A stretch of 64,000 bases of DNA from Octopus sinensis (lineage: Eukaryota), in contig NC_042999.1 in assembly GCF_006345805.1 (NCBI RefSeq), forward strand, positions 122,326,001-122,390,000. Direction: 5' to 3'. The position numbers were made by a program, and so were the translations under genes. Shown one piece after another: positions 36,761 through 51,125 of the stretch. Under the pieces are notes generated by a model. It had not been told where the DNA came from. It saw only the letters and a program-made list of their open reading frames with translations, and did not search any database. The first letter of the stretch is position 1; each line of letters begins with the position of its first letter.

Positions 36761-37431
36761 TCTATCAGCTGAGTGGGGAAGTGAAAATGAGGGAGGTGGC
36801 TGTGTACTAGGAGAGAGGTTAGGGTGTGATAGAGGAACAGAGGTAGTTCTCTTTCTATAAAGGAGATACTTGGTTACCCCAGTAGGACAAAGAAAATAAA
36901 GACAGGAGAGAGTTAGAGAGAAATATAGAGACACAGTTTGAGTGAGACAGAGTGAGAAAGGAAAAATGGATGGTGTTGGAGATGTATTGGAGCCTAACCA
37001 CAAGAAAGAATAGCATTATGAGTTAATATTTAGGAACATTAGTAAGTAGTTTTCTCCTTTCCTTTTGTACTGCTATCCACCCTCGACTGTTTATGAATAC
37101 ACCTCTGGAATGGTTACATATTAGATTTACCTCATTACCCTTATTATCATTGTTATACAATATTTAATGTGTATAAAAATATTTTTTCACTTCATTTATG
37201 CATAAAAGCATGATGGTAATAAGATGATTTTAATTAATAATACTGTTCATTTCGATTTCAATGTAAAGACTAAAAGGAATTAAAAAGATTTAATTGATTT
37301 CTTGGCACAAATTTTTTTCTTATAGTATAAGACATGTTTGCAGAAAATGCTGTATGTAACCTATTTTCATGTCCATTCATTTGTACATCAACTATAACAT
37401 AGAATAATATTAAAGCTCTTTGACTCAGATA

Positions 37432-38083
37432 TTTACCCTGCATGTGTAAGCAAAAGCAGGGTATTGTAATCACTGATCTTCATCTGTTTGTCCGTGTGTT
37501 AGCAAAATTACTAAAAAGCAGCTGAACAGATTTTCTGCACATTTGGCAGAAATATTCATTGGGTGGGTGGTTTGAACTGATAAACATTTGGTTTGATTAT
37601 CTTTAAAAAAAAAAGAAAATTGTTTTTTTTAATTCAAACTTACAAATTTCTCAACAAGCAAGTGGCCACATTATTTTGTTCACTTTCTTTTTCATATGAA
37701 TCAACCCTTGTCTGCATGTGTGTAAATTATGGTTTACCTATGTGCATAGACACGTGTGGGTATACACAAACATACATACATATGTGACTCTATGTGTGTG
37801 TGTGCATGTACAGTGATGGATTCAAGGATTTTGTATATTTACAACATAATTTCTTAATTTCACCACAGTATAAATATGTATAATGGTGATACTTAAAAAG
37901 AAAATTTAGAAATTTTTTTTAAAAATTGAACTTACAAATTTCCCAATAACCAAATTGTCATATTATTTTGTTCACTTTCTGTATCATATGAATCAACCCT
38001 TGTTTGTGTGTGTATAAATCATGGTGTACCTATACATGTAGACACATGTTGATACATGCATACATACATAAGTACATACATAG

Positions 38084-38118
<35 letters not shown>

Positions 38119-38200
38119 TTGATGGATTGAGGGTTTCATTTATTTATGAGTTGCTTTCTTAATTTCATAGGAGTATAAACACCTATAATGATGATACAAA
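37432..38200 (+). mobile_element. Non-autonomous Helentron/DINE-like element with an internal about 290-bp tandem duplication
   Basis: 5' hairpin TACCCTGC...GCAGGGTA, then CTGTTTGTCCGTGTGTTAGCAAAATTACT...GAACAGATTTT. Blocks 37625-37892 and 37914-38197 are diverged tandem copies containing (GT)n. Confidence 0.5.
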
Positions 38201-38766
38201 AACATAATAAGAATTAATTCAGTTGAATTAAAAAGCGTAGGTAAGCAATGCATTGTAAGCCACACTATAATTTGCGAAAATATTTATCTGCACACAGGGT
38301 ATGCATCACCCCTCTGATGTTTTCTTTTCCATTTGATGGTGTAATCACTAAGAATGTAATTGTTTTATTCTCTAAAAGCAAATTAAAATCATTTTGCTTA
38401 CCTCACATTCATACCCAAACATTTCCGTAACATGAGATTTACAAACGTGTTTCATGGAATTTGTTACATCTGGAAACATGGTTACTTTATGTATATTTTG
38501 CCATACTTTTTGTATGAATGTGTGTGTGTGTTACAGTATCGACTAGACTATTAGATGCTATTATACACAGCTGGTCATAATGCACTTCCACTTCTATCTT
38601 GATTGTGCCATTCTTTTCCATCTTGACCCAAATTGCAAGTCTAAATTGTCTTCCCATCATCATAGAGGCCTACCTACTAAGACTTTGGTCTTAGCTAAAT
38701 TACCTCTAAAGCCCCTAGATTCTAGACCTTGCTTCCACTCTTGAAATAATTTCTCTAATATATATA

Positions 38767-39090
38767 TCTGAGACCCCCTGCAGTCACGATACAGACCATG
38801 GTATTGTACCTAGAAAGTTACCCTCCCAGGCACAAGTCCGGGCAAAGTTGTTTATGGAAGACCAGCAGTCACCCATGCATACCGGCCTCCCTTCTCCATG
38901 CCACCAGTGTTATCCAATGGATAAGCAAAGGCCAATACAGCTTGGCACTTGTGACGTCGCAACTCATTTCTACAAATGAGTGAACTGGAGCAATGTGAAA
39001 TAAAGTGTCTTGCTGAAGAACACAACACGCAGCACAGTCCAGGATTCAAGCTCACAACCTCATGATCGTAAGCTCGACGCTCTAACCATA
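38767..39090 (-). mobile_element. tRNA(Arg, ACG)-like-headed SINE
   Basis: Minus strand TGGTTAGAGCGTCGAGCTTACGATCATGAGGTTGTGAGCTTGAATCCTGG, followed by the central domain GTGTTCTTCAGCAAGACACTTTATTTCAC. Confidence 0.75.
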
Positions 39091-40002
39091 TATATATATA
39101 TATATTTCAAATTTACAGAAAACAAGAAACAACGACAGCTGTAGGAACAGCAGGCAGGTGTGTTAGTTTAACACTTGAGAAGAATGGAAAAGTCTTTTAC
39201 ATTTTGAGCCTGCTGTTTTTGATAGAAAAGATTAAGAGGGAAAAAAAAGGAGAATGAAAAAAAGCAAAGAGAGAAAAAATATACTTGAGTGAAATTGAAG
39301 TTTGCTTCACAGTCAAGAGATGTTGTATTCTATGTTGCCTTACCATATTAGGTGAATATATTTTACCATAACCTGGGTTGACTATAGTCTTGTATAGAAA
39401 ATTGGGTAGATAGAAGCAAAGCGGCAGCCCATTAGATGTATTATATTTGTCATTCAGTAGTTCTGTCCTGTCACATATTTTGCCTTGCTGATTTAACCTG
39501 AGAAAAATATTAAGGGTATACATGTTTAAGAAATGTTTAACAATTTGGATTTTCATTTACCAAGTTAGTAGTTCAATTGACTAAACAAAAAGAAATAAAT
39601 GTTTATCATAAGACAAATAGAAGATTTATCACACTCATATGGGTGTTTGAATGTGTATGTGTGTGTGTAATCTTCTGTAATTGAAATAAGCTTTTGAAAT
39701 AAAAGTAATACCTTTTTAATATTATAATAATATAGTAAAGCAAAATAAAAAAAATAGAAAAAGCAATATGTTCAATCAGTTAAGTTAGCTTTGTTGGTTT
39801 TGATAAAATTAATAATGCCAACACTGACTGTAAATACAAGAATAATATTTAAAATGTATGAATGATTAATAAAATGAATTTAAAAAGTGAAAATATATTT
39901 CTTAAAAAATCGACTTCAAAAACTGGTTAAAAATTAAAAATGTTTTCTTTATAGCATTTATTAACTTTTATTTATAATATAATTATTTCTTTTCTTTCGT
40001 AG

Positions 40003-40061
40003 GTAAGTCTTCATTTTCTTTTATTGAAATTTGGAATTATAATTGGCACTTCTAAATCAAG
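40003..40061 (+). other. Candidate 59-nt exon or recursive splice site
   Basis: Polypyrimidine tract + CGTAG (AG at 40001-40002) immediately followed by GTAAGT. Second donor AAG|GTAAGA at 40062. One open frame (VSLHFLLLKFGIIIGTSKS). Confidence 0.35.
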
Positions 40062-43000
40062 GTAAGAAACTTTTCAATATGAATGAATTAAGATATTAGA
40101 TTACTATCTAATTTAGCCAACAATATGGATGCAATTTTATTCACTTCCTATATAACAAGTTAATAATGAGGCACTTTAGCATATTCCGTTATCTTTTCAT
40201 TATTGACATTAAAACGCTAATGAGATTTGTTTGCTTTCAGGAACATATCTTTAAGCTAAGCACATAGAAACAATTTCTGCTGATAAGTGCCTTATTGGGG
40301 TAGCTCTAATAAAGTATATCTGCAAGATATTTTGCAATATTCTTATTTGCAACAAGCTAATCAGTGTACAAGCTGTTGATCTATGTAATACAAATTAAAG
40401 AAAATCAAAATCTACTTTTCATCTATTACAAATCTAGAAAGACATGCAATATGTAAAATATGCTGCATGTAGAGTAACTGTTAAATTTCATCAGATTTTC
40501 CTGTAAGTTATGGGAATCAGCCTATTTCAAATTTGTAAACTGTTCTAATTATTCTCAGCTTATTGCATAATTTTCTGGAGGTAGTTTAGAACAAGTAATC
40601 ACCTGTAAAGGACATTTACAGGTGTGAAATTGCTAACTTCTGTGTATAATTAATGTATGCTAGGAAGCAGCAAAGTAATCAATGAGGTCAGAAATTGAAT
40701 GCATGTCTATATCTTTAATTTCCCTAACAGATTGTTTATTAATTGTTGTAAGCTATTTATAGCACAATATGTGACTGGTTGTGGTGAGTCCTGGATTGAT
40801 ACAAGAAACACAAAATCAAAGGAATCACTGTCATTCATTGCATATGCCAAATGGTAAATGCTATTAAGGCAAATATTTTCTCTACAGCAATTTCAAATGT
40901 CTTTTAAGCATAAGAAAATCAGTTAAGTTGCTATTTGGATACTTGCATCACTATTGTCATCAGGAACTAAGATGAATACACCACTAGCAAAGTTCTGAGT
41001 GTGGCAGCAACTGCTGCACTACTGTCCTCCTTTGCTGACCATAATTTTTGAGAGATGTCTATTATCCTGCATTGGTTAGTTTTCACATGATGATTTCACT
41101 GAGGGCAAGTCTTGGTATTGCATCCCAAAGCTATCTTCCTACTATTTTGTTTGTCACCTGACAGCGGTTACTATAAAGTAGTTCATTGGACACTTTCTGT
41201 AACTTGCTTTTACTGAAGGCCAATTGAAGCATCCAAGAACAGTAGCCATTGAGGAACTTCATCATGGACTTAGTTTTACACTGCAAATGGGAAGTCTTGA
41301 TCACTGCTATAAAGATTCTTTTCTTGAACTGTCATCATATCACTGAGTACTTTCCAGAAAAAAACTTGTATGCACTCTAATGACCCACTATGCATCATGA
41401 AAAAACACAAAGTCAAAAACTTGCATGAGCAGGGAAACTTCATTATCTTGAGAGGCTTATGACTAGAGCTAGGTTGTAAACTATTTACTCTATCTTCTTA
41501 TTATCATAGTGTACCTCCAGGAGTGTGAGTGTTTGGTAATGTATACTTCATGATAGAGAAGCAGCATTTATATTGTACAACTACATGTTATTTTTCTCAT
41601 AGGCTTAAGATTTTGCAGGCCACAATAGCAGAAAGATTTTTGTGCAAGATATTTTTGTTTTGCTCTACTGTATTATTCTTAATACCATTCTTAATATAAT
41701 TTTTTTTGTACATAGTCAAATATTTCAATTACATTTATATTTTAATTTAATCCTACTTTGATATAACTTGGCAATTTTTACTGAGTAGTTGAATAAATGT
41801 AAATGTATAACATAATTAAGGTTTCGTTTATTTATAATAATGTATTTAATAATTTGGCATATATATAACAATGAATTGTAGGAATTAATAATCAAATAGT
41901 TACAAGGATTATGCTTGTTTATACTTGTTTTCTTATTTCACAATCACAGATCTTAAAATTTCTATCTGCAAAAATTAAACCATAATAGTTAATTACTCTC
42001 CACTAAATGAAGATTAGACAACCATTAATTACATTTTCCAAATTTGAAGAGATATTGCATTTTGTCAAAAGTTTTATAGAAATTTAACGTTACTTTTCAC
42101 AAATATTTCTGATCAAATTAATATTCTATTGATTTATATGTTGCAATGATATTTTTATATCTAATAATGTTAGTTCAAAGAATTATCGCCATTTCCATTT
42201 CATATTATTTCACTTTGCTACCATTCCCCAACCATTCCTTATATGGCAAGTTGCAATTTTCAAACTTGAAACAAAATTTATGAAGAATTTTCAGTAATTT
42301 ATAGTTTCGTCTTGTTCTAAAATAGAGATTTATAGGAATACAAATTCTGATATACGGATATCACAAATATAGGCTATGGTAAAATGTTATTTAAGATCAG
42401 TATGTCTATCTTCATGTTATTCATTGCCATAAGAGTATTCATTTGTAAAGATGACAGAGTATTACTCTCAATGCATGACAATATTTAGTCACAACTTTCT
42501 TAATTCCCAGTTCAAAGCTTGTCAGGGATGACTTTACCTTTTGTCCATTCAGATCACTTAAATAACTTACATTAATATTTTTTGATCTGATCAATCAATT
42601 AGAAACATTTTCCTTGGAAATTTTATTTTGTTTCTAATAAAAATAAATCAATACTGTTTTACACTTGACTTGGTATAAGATTATAATTTTTTCAGACTTT
42701 TAACCTAATTTTTATAATCTTTAGAAAGTATATTTGCAATATTTTTATCTACAATATGTTTCATTTGGTTCAATTTTTAATCATCATTAGATAATCTATC
42801 CCTGAATTTATACTTGTTCATGATATATGACACCTGGCGATAATTAGAGATTGAACCAATTTAAACTTACACACAGTATGGATATTGTAAATACACATAG
42901 TAAAGATGTGGTTACTAGTCTGAAAAAATTATAATCTTAAAAGCAACAACTTATGTCAGATAAACATTTAATCACTGATATAGTTCTTGTAATATTTTAT

Positions 43001-43337
43001 AATTTCTAAAAAAATAGTGTGACTATGGTATCATGTCTGCCATATTTCATACTTTAATGCTGCCATTCTGAGAATGATGAAATGCTTTGACTTGTTATTT
43101 TGTTACATCTTTAGTTCTTGAAGATTTGTTTCCTATGTCTTCAAAAATTCTTGCATTATTACTGCATTAAACATAAATGTACAATTGACATTAAATTCCA
43201 GCTACTTTTTCCTTTTACCATTTCTGTTAATATTACTATTTGTTAGTACGTTTATATATTTGTTGTGCAAGATTTTTTATGTGAAGTCGTGTGTTGAAAC
43301 AGATATTGTTATATTTCGGAAGAAAGAAGAAAACAAA

Positions 43338-43382
43338 GGACCACTGATGCAGTCACAGGAGTGTGACGAAACAACTCTGGCC
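43338..43382 (+). ncRNA. Degenerate minimal type I hammerhead ribozyme motif
   Basis: GG-A-CCA CTGATG(C)A GTCAC aggagt GTGAC GAAAC aa CTC^ TGG-CC. Helices I and II are intact. There are two deviations from consensus: A9 to C, and a helix III C-C mismatch. Confidence 0.55.
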
Positions 43383-43554
43383 GAAATAAGATTAAGATTA
43401 ATGTAAAAAATAAATAACACTGAAGCAAAATAACACCAAATATATAGTGCGTGTGTTTTTATTGGCTAAACTTGCAAAATGACCATTCCGAAATATAACA
43501 ATTACTATTTGTTGTTTTTAGTTTAATATAAACTCAGGATGCTTTCTAAATATT

Positions 43555-43770
43555 GATTTCAAATTTTGGCATGAGACCAGCAAGTTTAGGGGCAAGGGTA
43601 AGTCTTTTACATAGACCCCAGTATTCAACTGGTACTTATTTTATCAACCCCAAAACGAGGAAATGCAAAGTTGACCTCAGTGGAATTTGAACTCAGAACA
43701 TAAAGATGGACAAAATGCCACTATGCATTTTGCTCAGGATGCTAACAATTCTTCCATCTTACCATCTTTG
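43555..43770 (-). mobile_element. SINE family B
   Basis: Reverse complement of the GAGTTCAAATTCC..GAGGTCAACTTTGC..TTGATAAAATAAGTACCAGTTGAATACTGGGG motif. Confidence 0.75.
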
Positions 43771-44072
43771 CTTTCTAATTATTAGTAAAGAATCCAGAAA
43801 CATCACTGTCCCTAAATACTAACAGCTGAAACAAAATCATTTCAGTTTTGTTACTGAAGGTTTAGACTGAACTTTTTCAGATAAATCTCTGATTTGGTGA
43901 CTGTCACATCCCCTAACCTATTTCAGTTTAATTAAACATGGATCTCTGTAATTATAAACTATCATTGTATGGTACGTGCTGACTTAAAAAGCCAAATCTT
44001 CATCTTCAATTTTCTCAAACAAACTATGTGGCTAAGTTAGAATTATTTATAATCTTTTACCATTTACCTTTT

Positions 44073-44847
44073 ATCTTTTATTTGTTTTAGTCATTAGAAT
44101 AGACATTCCTCGAGCTGAATAAATTTACATATTTTTTAAAGCTAGGTATTTATTCTATCTGTCGCTTTTGCCAAACTGCTAAGTTACAGGGATGTAAACA
44201 CACCAACACCAGTTGTCAAGTGGTGGTAGGAGACAAATACAGATGCAAACACACACACACATGTGCACACGGGCACACATATACATACACACACACACAA
44301 TAGGCCTCTTTCTGTTTCTGTTAACCAAGTTCACTCACAATGCTTTGGGTAGCACGAGACTAAGTAGAAGACACCTGTCCAATATGCCAAGTATTAGGAC
44401 TGAGCCCAAAACCATCTGGTTGGCAAACAAGCTTCTTATGTCACAGCCACACCTATAAATATTTTACTTGTTTCAGTCATTAGACTGCAGCTACGCTGGA
44501 GCACCACCTTGAAGAGCCTTTAACTAAACAAATCAACCCCAGTTCTTTTTTTTTTTAAGGCCTGGCACTTATTCTATCAGTCTCTTTTACTGAGCTGCTA
44601 AGTTACAGGGATGCAGACAAACCAACACTGGTTGCCAAGTGATGGTAGAGGACAAATACAAACACAAGAATAAACACACAGATATATATATATAGGCTTC
44701 TTTCAGTTTCTATCTACCAAATCTATTCATAAAGCTCTCGTCAGCCTGAGGCTATACTAGAAGACACTTGCCTAAGGTGCTATGCAGTGGGACTAAACTC
44801 AAAACCATGTGGCTGGGAAGCAAATTTTTTATCACACAGCCTTGCCT
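44073..44847 (-). mobile_element. Two tandem SINE family A copies (44073-44453 and 44462-44847)
   Basis: Each has the head (CACAGCC on the plus strand), GAAGACAC(C/T)TG(T/C)CC and GCTAAGTTACAGGGATG blocks. Confidence 0.8.
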
Positions 44848-46984
44848 GCTCCTACTACCCCAAACTTTTTTCACTTTTTCATCAATTATTATTTACTGTT
44901 TGTGATATTCTGAGACACAATGGATCAGTCATATTCTAATCTCTCTACCTGATTTTTGTTTTGTACCCTTAGAATTACACATTAATTAATGGATATTTAT
45001 TTTTTGTAAACACTAAAAATTGTAACTTCTTTGGTTCTGTTGAGCTAAAGAAATTCTTACCATGAATTACTTATTTTTGGTCATGTTGGTATTGACATCT
45101 CTTGAAGTGTCTGCTATCTTTTAGAATTTTAACTCTGAAGTCACTACAATAATTTAATTATTTTAAACTATATTTCTAAATGTTCAGTCTAATGAACTCA
45201 AATAATTCAGTTGTGATAATGGATAAATCATCTGATCTGCTTGCATGAGATTCATATATTTATTCATTGTTTTCAATGTTTCTAATTTTTTTTCTCTTTT
45301 GAATGCAGTCATTTGAAATATTGACATTTTTTAAATAGAGTATTTTCTTTCAAATAAGCATCTTTTTATATTTGGAATTCTTGGTCTTAATGATCTATAG
45401 TTTCATAAGAAACAATATCAAATATATTTGATAGAGAAATTCTATTAAAATTCACTCTTTTTTTTTTATCAAGAACAGGAGAAATATCAGAGAGGCTTTT
45501 CATTGGAGTGTTTAGAAAGTGTATTTGTTGCAAGTGAAGGTTTTAATGCATTTCTAATTATTTCATAAGGAAATGTGCCACACCAGTTGTATGTTTCACT
45601 TAAGATTTATATTTAGCAGTAGGTTAGTTCCTTATAATTATTTTTAGTCAAGTGCATAATCTATTTAGCTTTTACTTTTAGTTACTGGAGTTCAAGAGAA
45701 AAAAATTTGCTTCAGTGCAATCAGATTACTTTGGAAGCAGATTTACAAAAATTAGATTAAAATAGTAATTCTATTCTATGTAGAACAGAAGCATCAGATT
45801 GACAACAGGATAAGCCATAGTATCACAAATTCAGTTTGTTTTAGCAGAGGAATATTTCAGTTTTTGTTTTCTGCTTGTAATTTTAAATTTGTGAAATTTT
45901 TTTAACTTTAAATCACCTAAACTTAATTAATAAAGAACAATAGAATTTTTAAAGATTTAGTGATTAAACTAGTTTAATGAAGTATGTTATGAAAAGATTC
46001 TCCATACTTTTAATGAATTTAGAGATCTTTGAGAGATTTCAGAATTCTCTATTAAATACCGAGTTATTAATAAATTATTCAATAACTTCAGATTTTCTCA
46101 TTTGAAATGCCATAATGACATTATGCAAAGTGTAAATGTTCTTTCAAAGATTAATTTCAGTTGATAATACTAGAAATGTTTTAGTATTGCTGTTTTCATA
46201 TTAGGAAATATGGATTGATACAGATGGCAGAATTCTTTTTAATGTACATATTGTAGTTACTCTTTAGATTTGAACAAAATGTGTTAGACAAAGTAAACTT
46301 CTTTTTGAATAACTTGTCTTTTGAAATTCATGATCTTCTCAAGCTCTACTAGAAACCACAAACTAAATTTACCAGTAATTGATTTAAACATCTAAATACT
46401 AATATGTTTTATAGCTGTTTTAATTATTTTTAGTAGTAACAGCAGCTATTGTTGTTGTTGCTGGTTGTAGCGGGTGCTGCTGTTATAGTTGTTTGAGCTT
46501 TAACTGAGCTAACCAATAATCAAAGGCATTCTAACTTTGACCATCCTGCCTTTATTGTAAATCTAGTGTTACATAGTGGAACGTATTATTTTTCAAGATA
46601 TAAGGAGATCATTACGAAACTGTTGAATATTACTGAGAGGAGCTCCTTTGTTGGCTCAAGTCATGCTTAGTGCTAAGAACAGATGTAACTACTTGAAACC
46701 CCACTTTCATCTTTGCTATTTTATTGCTCTATTACTGCCACTAACGTTACTAAAAATAACTACCTTATTAGCAAGGGTTTTATCAAGCACGAGTTCATTG
46801 TATTCTGAGTTTAATGATAAATGCAGTAGTCATAGTAGCTATGGATTTCTAAACTGAGGATTCTTAATTAGGTATGAAGCTTTAGGCAGGAAGAATTAAA
46901 TAACGTATTTAAAAGAACAGAACAATATATCAAAAGAATATGCAATTCAGTTCAAGCAGTCTTCTGATGCTTTATTTGGTTGTA

Positions 46985-47740
46985 TATCAGGCTGAGTAAA
47001 AAGTAAGCAACATTTTGAAACAGGAAATTCATCACAATATATTTCAACAAAGCAGAAATTTCATTTATCAAAGTAGGTACCATTACAATCAATACATTTT
47101 TGCCAGCAAGTTACAAGTTTGTTTATTCCTGTAACATAAAAATGTGGAGTTCTGGAGCTGATGGATTCTTTGAATGCACTTTCAGCATCGGTTTGATTTT
47201 TGAATTCCTCCTCTTGCAGAAACCATCAAGGTGCTTGAAAAAGTGATAGTCGGTAGGAGAAAGGTTCGGGGGAATAAGCTGGGTAGGGAAGAACTTTGTA
47301 ACCAAGTTCCTTCAACTTCTGGAGAATCATTAGGGAAATGTGTGGTCGAGCATTGTCATGAAGAATGACTGGCTCTCATCTGTTGACCAGTCTGGGACAG
47401 AAGAGTAGCAGTTTTTCATTCATTTTGGCAATTTCATGGCAAAATGTTTCTGCAGTAATTGTTTTCCTGGGTTTTAAGAAGTTATAATTGGTGAGTCCAG
47501 CAGTACACCACCAAACAGTCACCATAACCTTCATTTTGAAGAGCTCGGGTTTAGGGGAGGTTCTTGGTGCTTCATTTTGGTCTAACCACTGTTTTTCACT
47601 TTTCTATTGACTCTTGTGAGGGGACCAGCTTGATTGTGCCTTCCTTCTTCACCAAACACAAACCTTTCAATATTTCATCGTTATCACAGTGTACCCTCCT
47701 GGCTTCCAACTATGTAGCTGTCTTTGCTGCAGCAGTTTTC
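46985..47740 (-). mobile_element. Mariner (cecropia/Hsmar1-like) remnant: C-terminal transposase and right TIR
   Basis: QWLDQNEAP, KVMVTVWW, ILHDNARPH, LKELGYKVLPYPAYSP-SPTDYHFFKHLDGF, WQKCIDCNGTYFD, then terminus TTGCTTACTTTTTACTCAGCCTGATA-TA. N-terminal half largely deleted. Confidence 0.9.
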
Positions 47741-49699
47741 ATGTAGCTTTCCATAACGCTATACTCTTCCTCTCCCCCAAATGGAGAGAAAAAGAATAAA
47801 AACAACAGCAACAAGTAACAACAACACACACGCGACGATTCAACAATAAAATTGACAGTAAAATTATAACAGCTCTCACCGTCTTCTCACAAAAATTCAC
47901 ACTGAAAATCACCAGTTGTTCAACGCGAATATATTTTGTCCAGATAGACAAGGCTTATATCAATGTTTGACTCAAAAATGCCATTAATTGCAAGTTTCAT
48001 CCTTAGTTTTATGGCTGAGGTGTTAGCAGTAAGGACAGCATCCAGCTGTAAAAGTATATATACAATAGAAAACAAATCTATTCACATTTAAATTGGAATA
48101 TGGTTGTAGAACGGGAGAAATATTAATTTTATTTAATATTTGTTGGTTTGCTATTTGGTACAAAAACCCTAAAATTATAATTCCACATTTCAGTTTACAA
48201 AGATAATAGTTGACATTTTAATATCAAAATATTAACCACTCCTGCAAATTATCATTTCTTGTTAAAGTCATGAATTATATTATTAAATTTTAATTATATT
48301 TTAATGTTTGATTATAATGGTTCCGTTTGTTGTATACAATAAAGCAAATTTGAAATAGTGATTATTAAAATTCATTTTTAGAATTGTATTTCTGTTACCA
48401 TGGCATTAAGCTGCTTCTAAGAAATCAATATTTTTATTATGCTTCATATGTCATTTTTCATGCTAACAAACATGATCACTGCAATCTTGTTACATGATAT
48501 AACATTAATAATAATTTTCAAGATTGAGTTAAATCATAAAGATGTCTTCACTATAGATATAGCAATACAAAATTCACTATGGGACTCTGAAACAATTTGC
48601 CTTACCACATACTTGGTTAAAATTAATATTATATCTCATGGTAGGCAGAATGAATCGAAAAAAAAAAAGTATTTCAATAACAGAAGAAATATTCTCCTTT
48701 TTATAAAATAGCTGGTAACTTTTCTTAATACTGAACAATATTGTTTAATTATTGCTCTCAATTTTCCCACCTTTTTACCCAATCTCTATTATTTGAAATA
48801 GATGTTTTAAAAAAGTTCTGAAATATATTTTATACTCATTATCAATATAGATTTTTGAATTTGGCATAAATCCACAAATTTTAAGTTCGTTGAATCTGCT
48901 ATTTGATTGGTATTCATTTTATTGATCCAGGTAGTATGAATGGCAAAATCTAACTTGGCATGAATTAAACTCAGAATTTAAGTTGATGCAAATAAAGTAG
49001 CTAAACACCTACGCTGTTATATAATACCAACCCACCACCCTTTCTTATCGATAATGTTTATTTCTAGCTTAGGTATAATGCATGGGAAGATACAGTCACT
49101 TGCATCAACTACAGTACTTGACTAATACTTAGCTTATCTAACTTAGAAAGATAAAAGACAAGTCAACCAAGTAAAATTTGAAATCAAACTATAAAAGGTG
49201 TGCAACAAAATTTCACAAGGCATTTTGCCCATCACAACAAAGTTATTACAAACAGACATTAAAATATAGTTATTATTCTATAATTCATAATCTTAATGGA
49301 AAATGATAACTTACAAGAGTGGTTAAATTTTTCCTATACACTACTCTTATCAGTAATATTGATAACCAACTATTGAATACAAATATTTTATTATGTAGTT
49401 TATCAACAGTGTATTAATAAGGAAAGTTAATTTAATTATTCATTTTCATAAGTCATTACTTTGCATGGAGTAGTTGGCATGCCTCATAGATAATGGAGTA
49501 TAAGAGTATTTTAAAATATCAATAATAATAATATCATCAGGGGAAATAATTCTTCTACTCTTTTAATCCAAAATGGATGCTATAGAACCGCCCAACCCAG
49601 CAAAACTAATATCTAAAGGGGTTGTATGTGTGTGCGTGTGTGCATACACACACACATATGCACAACTGGGCCCTTTGCCCAACTTCCTTCTCAAGATGC

Positions 49700-50350
49700 C
49701 CTCATTATTATCTTTCTAGCTGCAGATTTTCCTTGATAACACTAATCTTACTCACTATCCAGAACGATCTTGCTTAATATTCATTCCTCACCTTTATTCT
49801 GTCTTCTCCACCCACATTTTATATTGATCACTTCCATGAACCACAATACATTTCTCAGCCTTCCTGTACACGATGTCTGCCTCTCTCTCTCTCTCCCCAC
49901 ACAACCTGGCCAACTTCATGCCATCTTTCTCTCTCTCTCATCTATCCCATGTCTACTGTATCTTCATCACTATTCTGCTGCTCCACAGGCTCATGCAGCA
50001 TTAGTCATCTCTTTGATCCTTATTCACCAGTCACTACATTCACTCCTTAACACTACTCAGTCACTACAGTTGTCACCTATTCTTCTCTAGATCCTCTACT
50101 TATCATTCCTCAGCACTTGTAATTTATTCATTATAACCACCCCATCATTCATTCCTGATCTCTCTCTAACCTTTGCTCACCTGCAGTCTTGGTTCTTCTG
50201 TCCTACTCACTTTTACTCACATCATACCTTGAAGGTCCACCCAGATACCTCATTACCACTATTTTATCTTTTCCCTGCTCCACATGATCTCCTCCAAGTC
50301 TCTCTTCTAAAATATGTATTGCCATTTAATGCCTCTACCACAAGAAAACC
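49700..50350 (-). mobile_element. Heavily decayed LINE (probably RTE) fragment
   Basis: Purine-rich minus strand with a weak KCG..DRI..RNE-like segment. Confidence 0.3.
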
Positions 50351-50984
50351 TTTTCTGCTTTAAACCCTTCTTCCATACTTTCACCCTTCATCTCCTTGCA
50401 TAAAACCACTTCTTTTGGGATTCATAGCCATGTAAACTGCATGGCAGCTAGTTGTACTGGTGGCATGGAAAACCATCCAGTATAAAATGGTTGGCATTTG
50501 GAAATATAGCCATAAAAAGCATGTCAAAGTAGACAGTGGAGCATGATACAGTTTTTGGAGACGTTGGATCCTGTCAAAATGTCCTGCCCATGGCTGTTAA
50601 ATAATGACAATGATGATATATCATTATAAAAGCATTGATCCTACCAAACTGAAAGTAACTCATATAACATGTAGACAATGTAAACATTGTTTTCTTCTTA
50701 TATCAGTTCCTTGCCACCTCTGCTTGACGTTTCAAGGATAGCTTTCTCTTGATCATTTGTGAGTGAGACTGGTCACCCTACTCCTAGGATTTGAACTCAA
50801 AAAAGTGATACACTAAGATAAATATTCATGCTATTTTTATGAAATAAATAACCAGGAGTCAAGAATTGCTTCAGATATTCGTCAAGATAGGAGATAAAAG
50901 ACAAATCCAAAAATAATGGATTGAAGGAGGAAGAGAAGGAGGAGAAGAAAGAGGAGAAGGGAGGACAAGAAAGAAGATAAGAAA

Positions 50985-51062
50985 GCGGAGGTGGAAGTGG
51001 TGGTGATGGAGGGAAGAAGGGAAAGAATTATAACAATAACAGTGACGGCTATGACAATGGTA

Positions 51063-51097
<35 letters not shown>

Positions 51098-51125
51098 AAT
51101 AAAATCTATAACAATGGCCATGGTG
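50985..51125. repeat. (GAT)n microsatellite with a purine-rich low-complexity flank
   Basis: Direct reading; source of the poly-M and poly-I ORFs. Confidence 0.85.
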
